Shown here piece after piece: positions 54,256-56,873 of a stretch of 56,873 nt of DNA. The stretch spans positions 4,218 through 61,090 of the forward strand of contig VBLD01000118.1 of NCBI GenBank assembly GCA_005879205.1, read 5' to 3'. The translations under genes and the position numbers were made by a program. The stretch comes from Deltaproteobacteria bacterium (lineage in GTDB: Bacteria > Desulfobacterota > Binatia > DP-6). How positions within the stretch are numbered: the stretch's first letter is position 1; every line of letters starts with the position of its first letter. Below the pieces are notes generated by a model, which made no database searches, had not been told where the DNA came from, and saw only the letters and a program-made list of their open reading frames with translations.

Positions 54256-54458
54256 GCCGGCAGCTCTTCGCTCGGGGCTTCGATCTCGTGGGCGAACAGG
54301 ATGAGCTTCTGGCCGCCGTCGAAGTCGACGGTGAACAGCTGGCGGCCGAGGTTCTCACGCTCCGAGATCACGGTCCCCGGTGTGGCGCGGCGAACGACTC
54401 CACCGGGATACACGATCGTGCGTGTCGAGCGGCAACGCGTCCCTGGCACGAATGACAT
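54252..54458 (-). CDS. Small hypothetical protein (68 aa, beta-rich, SH3-like impression)
   Basis: GGAGAAGGAGAAAG SD; starts 18 nt after the stop of the 60-aa paralog. TIVYPGGVVRRATPGTVISERENLGRQLFTVDFDGGQKLILFAHEIE. High third-position G/C. Confidence 0.55.
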   Translation of the reverse strand: MSFVPGTRCRSTRTIVYPGGVVRRATPGTVISERENLGRQLFTVDFDGGQKLILFAHEIEAPSEELPA

Positions 54459-54476
54459 GGCTTTCTCCTTCTCCGA

Positions 54477-54659
54477 TCAGGCCGCCGCGAGGGCGTCCAG
54501 CTCCAAACCCGTCTCGAAGCGCGTCCCCTTGAACGTTCCGCAGAGTCGCACGTGGCCGCGGTTCACCATGAAGACGACCGTGGCCAGAATCTCTGCCTCC
54601 GAGCGGGCGTGCTCGGCGACGGCGTTCACGAGATCGAGCAGTGTGGTGTTCGGCACCAT
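54477..54659 (-). CDS. Small conserved hypothetical protein (60 aa), paralog of 51752-51928
   Basis: MVPNTTLLDLVNAVAEHARSEAEILATVVFMVNRGHVRLCGTFKGTRF... Has its own sigma54-type promoter at the same distance as the paralog. Confidence 0.7.
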   Translation of the reverse strand: MVPNTTLLDLVNAVAEHARSEAEILATVVFMVNRGHVRLCGTFKGTRFETGLELDALAAA

Positions 54660-54684
54660 CGTCCGTATGCTCTACGTTCCTCTT

Positions 54685-54700
54685 CGCAAGTTGGATGCCA
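54685..54700 (-). promoter_or_regulatory. Sigma54 (-24/-12) promoter
   Basis: The minus strand reads TGGCAT-CCAAC-TTGCG, with GG and GC at consensus spacing. Predicted TSS is ~15 nt before ATG 54659. Confidence 0.6.
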
Positions 54701-55074
54701 GCCGTGCGACGAGGTTACCGAGCGCCGGGCGGTCGCGCGCAGCCTCGTCTTTCGGGACGGCGCCGGATCGGCGCCAGCTTCGCCCGCCCAAAGAATTAGC
54801 ACGTGCCTGCCCCCGCGCTGCGAACCGGCGTTCACAGGCCGCCGCCGTCGGGCCACGGTTCACCCGCCGCGCGGCCGTGTCGGACGAACTGACGCCGCCG
54901 GTCAACCTCCCGGACTCGGTCGCTCGTTCGGGTTTCCCCGCTGCCGTTCGTCGAACAGAGGAGGACGATGCCATGCCGTATGCGTTGGCCCTCGTGCCGC
55001 GCCCGCCCTGTTGCTTCAGCAGGCCCCTGGTGTATGCGCCAGGAATCCACGTCACCCGCAGGAGGGACAAACGC

Positions 55075-55683
55075 ATGAAGGTCTACGATTTCGTCGGAGC
55101 GCCGAACCCGAAGAAGCTGCGCGTGTACCTCGCCGAGAAGGGCATCAACATCGCGTCGCAGCCGGTCAACATCGTGACCGGGGAGAACCGCCAGCCGGAG
55201 TTCCTCAAGAAGAACCCGCTCGGCGGCCTGCCCGTCCTCGAGCTCGACGACGGCAGCCAGTTGACCGAATCGCTCACCATCATGGAGTACCTCGAGGAGC
55301 TGAATCCCAAGCCGCCGATGATCGGGACGACGCCGATCGAGCGCGCCCGGGTGCGCGAGCTCGAGCGCATCTGCGAGCTCGGCGTGCTGTCGTCGGTGGC
55401 GCAGGTATTCCAGAACACCCATCCGTTCATGGCCGGTCGGCTGAAGCAGTCCCCGGACGCGGCCGAGAACGCGCGCAACCGGCTGGCGGCCAACCTGAAG
55501 GTCGTGGACACGAAGATCGGTGACCGGCCGTTCGTCGCCGGATCGCGGCCGTCGATCGCCGACTGTACGCTGTTCGCGGCGCTGGAGTTCGCCGAGTTCG
55601 CGCAGGTGCCGCTCGATCCGGCGTTCAAGAACATCAACCGCTGGTACGCGGGCTTCAAGGAGCGCCCGAGCGCGCAGGCCTAG
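55075..55683 (+). CDS. Glutathione S-transferase
   Basis: MKVYDFVGAPNPKKLRVYLAEKGI, NPLGGLPVLELDDGSQLTESLTIMEYL, and a C-terminal alpha domain. GGAGGGA SD. In-frame ATG 54973, also with a strong SD, would add 34 aa. Confidence 0.85.
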   Translation: MKVYDFVGAPNPKKLRVYLAEKGINIASQPVNIVTGENRQPEFLKKNPLGGLPVLELDDGSQLTESLTIMEYLEELNPKPPMIGTTPIERARVRELERICELGVLSSVAQVFQNTHPFMAGRLKQSPDAAENARNRLAANLKVVDTKIGDRPFVAGSRPSIADCTLFAALEFAEFAQVPLDPAFKNINRWYAGFKERPSAQA

Positions 55684-55686
55684 CGC

Positions 55687-56485
55687 GTGCTGACTCTTCT
55701 CGGACCGCTGCTCGCGGCGGGCGGCTTCGGGCTCTACTTCCTCTCGAGCTTCCGCCTCGCGCGCTACCGGCGCCGTCCATGGGAGTTCGTCGCGCTCGTC
55801 GCCGCCGGGGCGGTGCTCGGCGCGTACCGCCTGGCGGCGGCGCCGAGCGCCGCGACGGCGACGGCCGCCGCGCTCGCCGTCGGCATCCTCGCCTTCGCCT
55901 GCTGGTTCCTCTTCTCGTTCTCGATGTACGGCGAGCGCGAGGACCGGCCGCGGGTCGGCGAGCGGTTCCCCGACTTCACGCTGCCGACCTCCGACGGCCG
56001 CATCTTCCGGCTGGCCGAGGCCCGCGGCCGCCGCCTGCTCCTCGTCTGCTACCGCGGCATCTGGTGACCCTTCTGCACGACGGAGCTCGGCGAGCTCCGC
56101 CGTCACTATCGGGAGATCCGCGAGCGCGGCGTCGACGTGCTCGCCGTCAGCGTCGACCCGCCGGAGGTGTCCGAGAAGCTCCGGCAGAAGCTCGGCGTCG
56201 GCATCCGCTTTCTCTCCGACGAGCGCGGCATCCTGATGAACGCGCTCGACGTCCGCGATCGCGACGCATTGCCGCCGGACTTCGTCACCGGCGGTCTCGG
56301 CAAGGGTCGCGAGAGCCGGGACATCTTCCTCGCCACGAGCTTCCTCGTCGACGAGGGCGGGGTCATCCGCTGGGTCTCCCGCCCGGACACCTACCGTGTC
56401 CGCGCCTCCGCGCGCGAGGTGCTGGAGGCGATCGACGCTCTCGGGGCGCGCGCCTCTCAGCGCGCGCGCGTCGGTGTCGACGTAG
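55687..56485 (+). CDS. Membrane-anchored peroxiredoxin-like (AhpC/TSA-redoxin) protein, probable selenoprotein (TGA 56065-56067 = Sec)
   Basis: GTG start, 3 TM helices, then FPDFTLP...LLLVCYRGIW-TGA-PFCTTEL...VLAVSVDP...FLVDEGGVIRWV...EVLEAIDAL in one frame with >90% third-position G/C. As printed the frame stays open to 56841. The end 56485 (TAG) assumes a 1-nt indel in the (CG)5 run at 56461-56470 (see findings). Confidence 0.65.
56077..56103 (+). promoter_or_regulatory. SECIS-like hairpin downstream of the in-frame TGA
   Basis: ACGACGGAGCTC-GGC-GAGCTCCGCCGT: 12-bp stem with one A.C mismatch and a G-containing apical loop, beginning 10 nt after the TGA. Confidence 0.5.
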
Positions 56486-56873
56486 CCGAGGGCGCGAAGA
56501 CGGCGCTCCGTGTCCGGGTCGACGACGGTCGTCTCGGCCGCCGCCTGCGGCGCCCGCGCCAGGCGGAGCCGCGCCGCGGTCTGGCGCGCGTAGCCGACGA
56601 CGACCGGCCGCTCGCCCGCGAGGTCCCTGCGCTCCGCGGGGTCCGCGCCGAGGTCGTAGAGCTCTACGCGCTCCGCGCCCGGTCGCGTCTGGCCCCAGAC
56701 CGCCTTCCACTGCCCCGCGACCACGCCGGTCAGAGTCGGGTGAGCGAGCTGCGTTTCCATCATCGCGTAGTCTCTTCGTCCAGGGGGCCTCCGACGACGA
56801 CGGAACGTACGTCCAGGCCTGGGTCGGAAAGGCCGTGGTGACCGGGCTCGTTCGTGGGCAACTTTCAGTTCCT
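56457..56873 (-). pseudogene. Sulfatase-family gene, 3' portion, frame-broken (runs off the window)
   Basis: Minus frame reads ...QLAHPTLTGVVAGQWKAVWGQTRPGAERVELYDLGADPAERRDLAGERP...RLRALGYVD (typical sulfatase C-terminus, ~93% third-position G/C). The preceding GHHGLSDPGLDVRSVVVGGP block lies in another frame and ends at a TGA overlapping 56761-56763. There is no in-frame stop after LGYVD as printed. Confidence 0.5.

Noticed and set aside
54973-55074. 34-aa N-terminal extension of the GST (MPYALALVPRPPCCFSRPLVYAPGIHVTRRRDKR) with its own strong SD. A 36-codon overlapping uORF also starts at 54968.
   Set aside because: GSTs normally begin at the MKxY beta-strand, and ATG 55075 has its own GGAGGGA SD. 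The extension has no recognisable signal or domain. Kept only as a start-site ambiguity.

Overview
High-GC (~70%) bacterial chromosomal segment, densely coded on both strands with about 60 protein genes. I recognised no rRNA, tRNA, CRISPR array, transposase or integrase. Gene content (myxobacterial-type Cys-rich repeat lipoprotein, sigma54 promoters, Ku, class II HMG-CoA reductase, hopanoid genes) suggests a Myxococcota/Deltaproteobacteria-like or related uncultured lineage; this is inference only. The left half is mostly housekeeping: rimO, dksA-like, glycerate kinase, queE, NAD-IDH, glpD, nth, type II thrB, metF, folE, serC-like/serA, purA, rpiB, ggt. Notable content: (i) a 10-gene, translationally coupled mevalonate plus squalene/hopene operon (39991-51632). 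(ii) A selenium signature: a senA/senB-like divergent pair (29114-31454), and a membrane-anchored peroxiredoxin-like gene with an in-frame TGA at the catalytic Cys column followed by a SECIS-like hairpin (55687-56485). (iii) A 399-aa protein tethering a RelE/ParE-fold domain to a long coiled coil, divergent from uvrD. (iv) Two paralogous ~60-aa proteins, each about 25 nt behind a near-consensus sigma54 -24/-12 promoter. (v) Three copies of a ~108-nt double-hairpin repeat. (vi) Several apparent single-base frame breaks or gene relics: Yip1, a 68-aa thiolase relic, a sulfatase, and a (CG)5 run whose length removes the stops of two convergent genes. All functional calls come from motif recognition by eye plus codon-position G/C. 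No database search was run.
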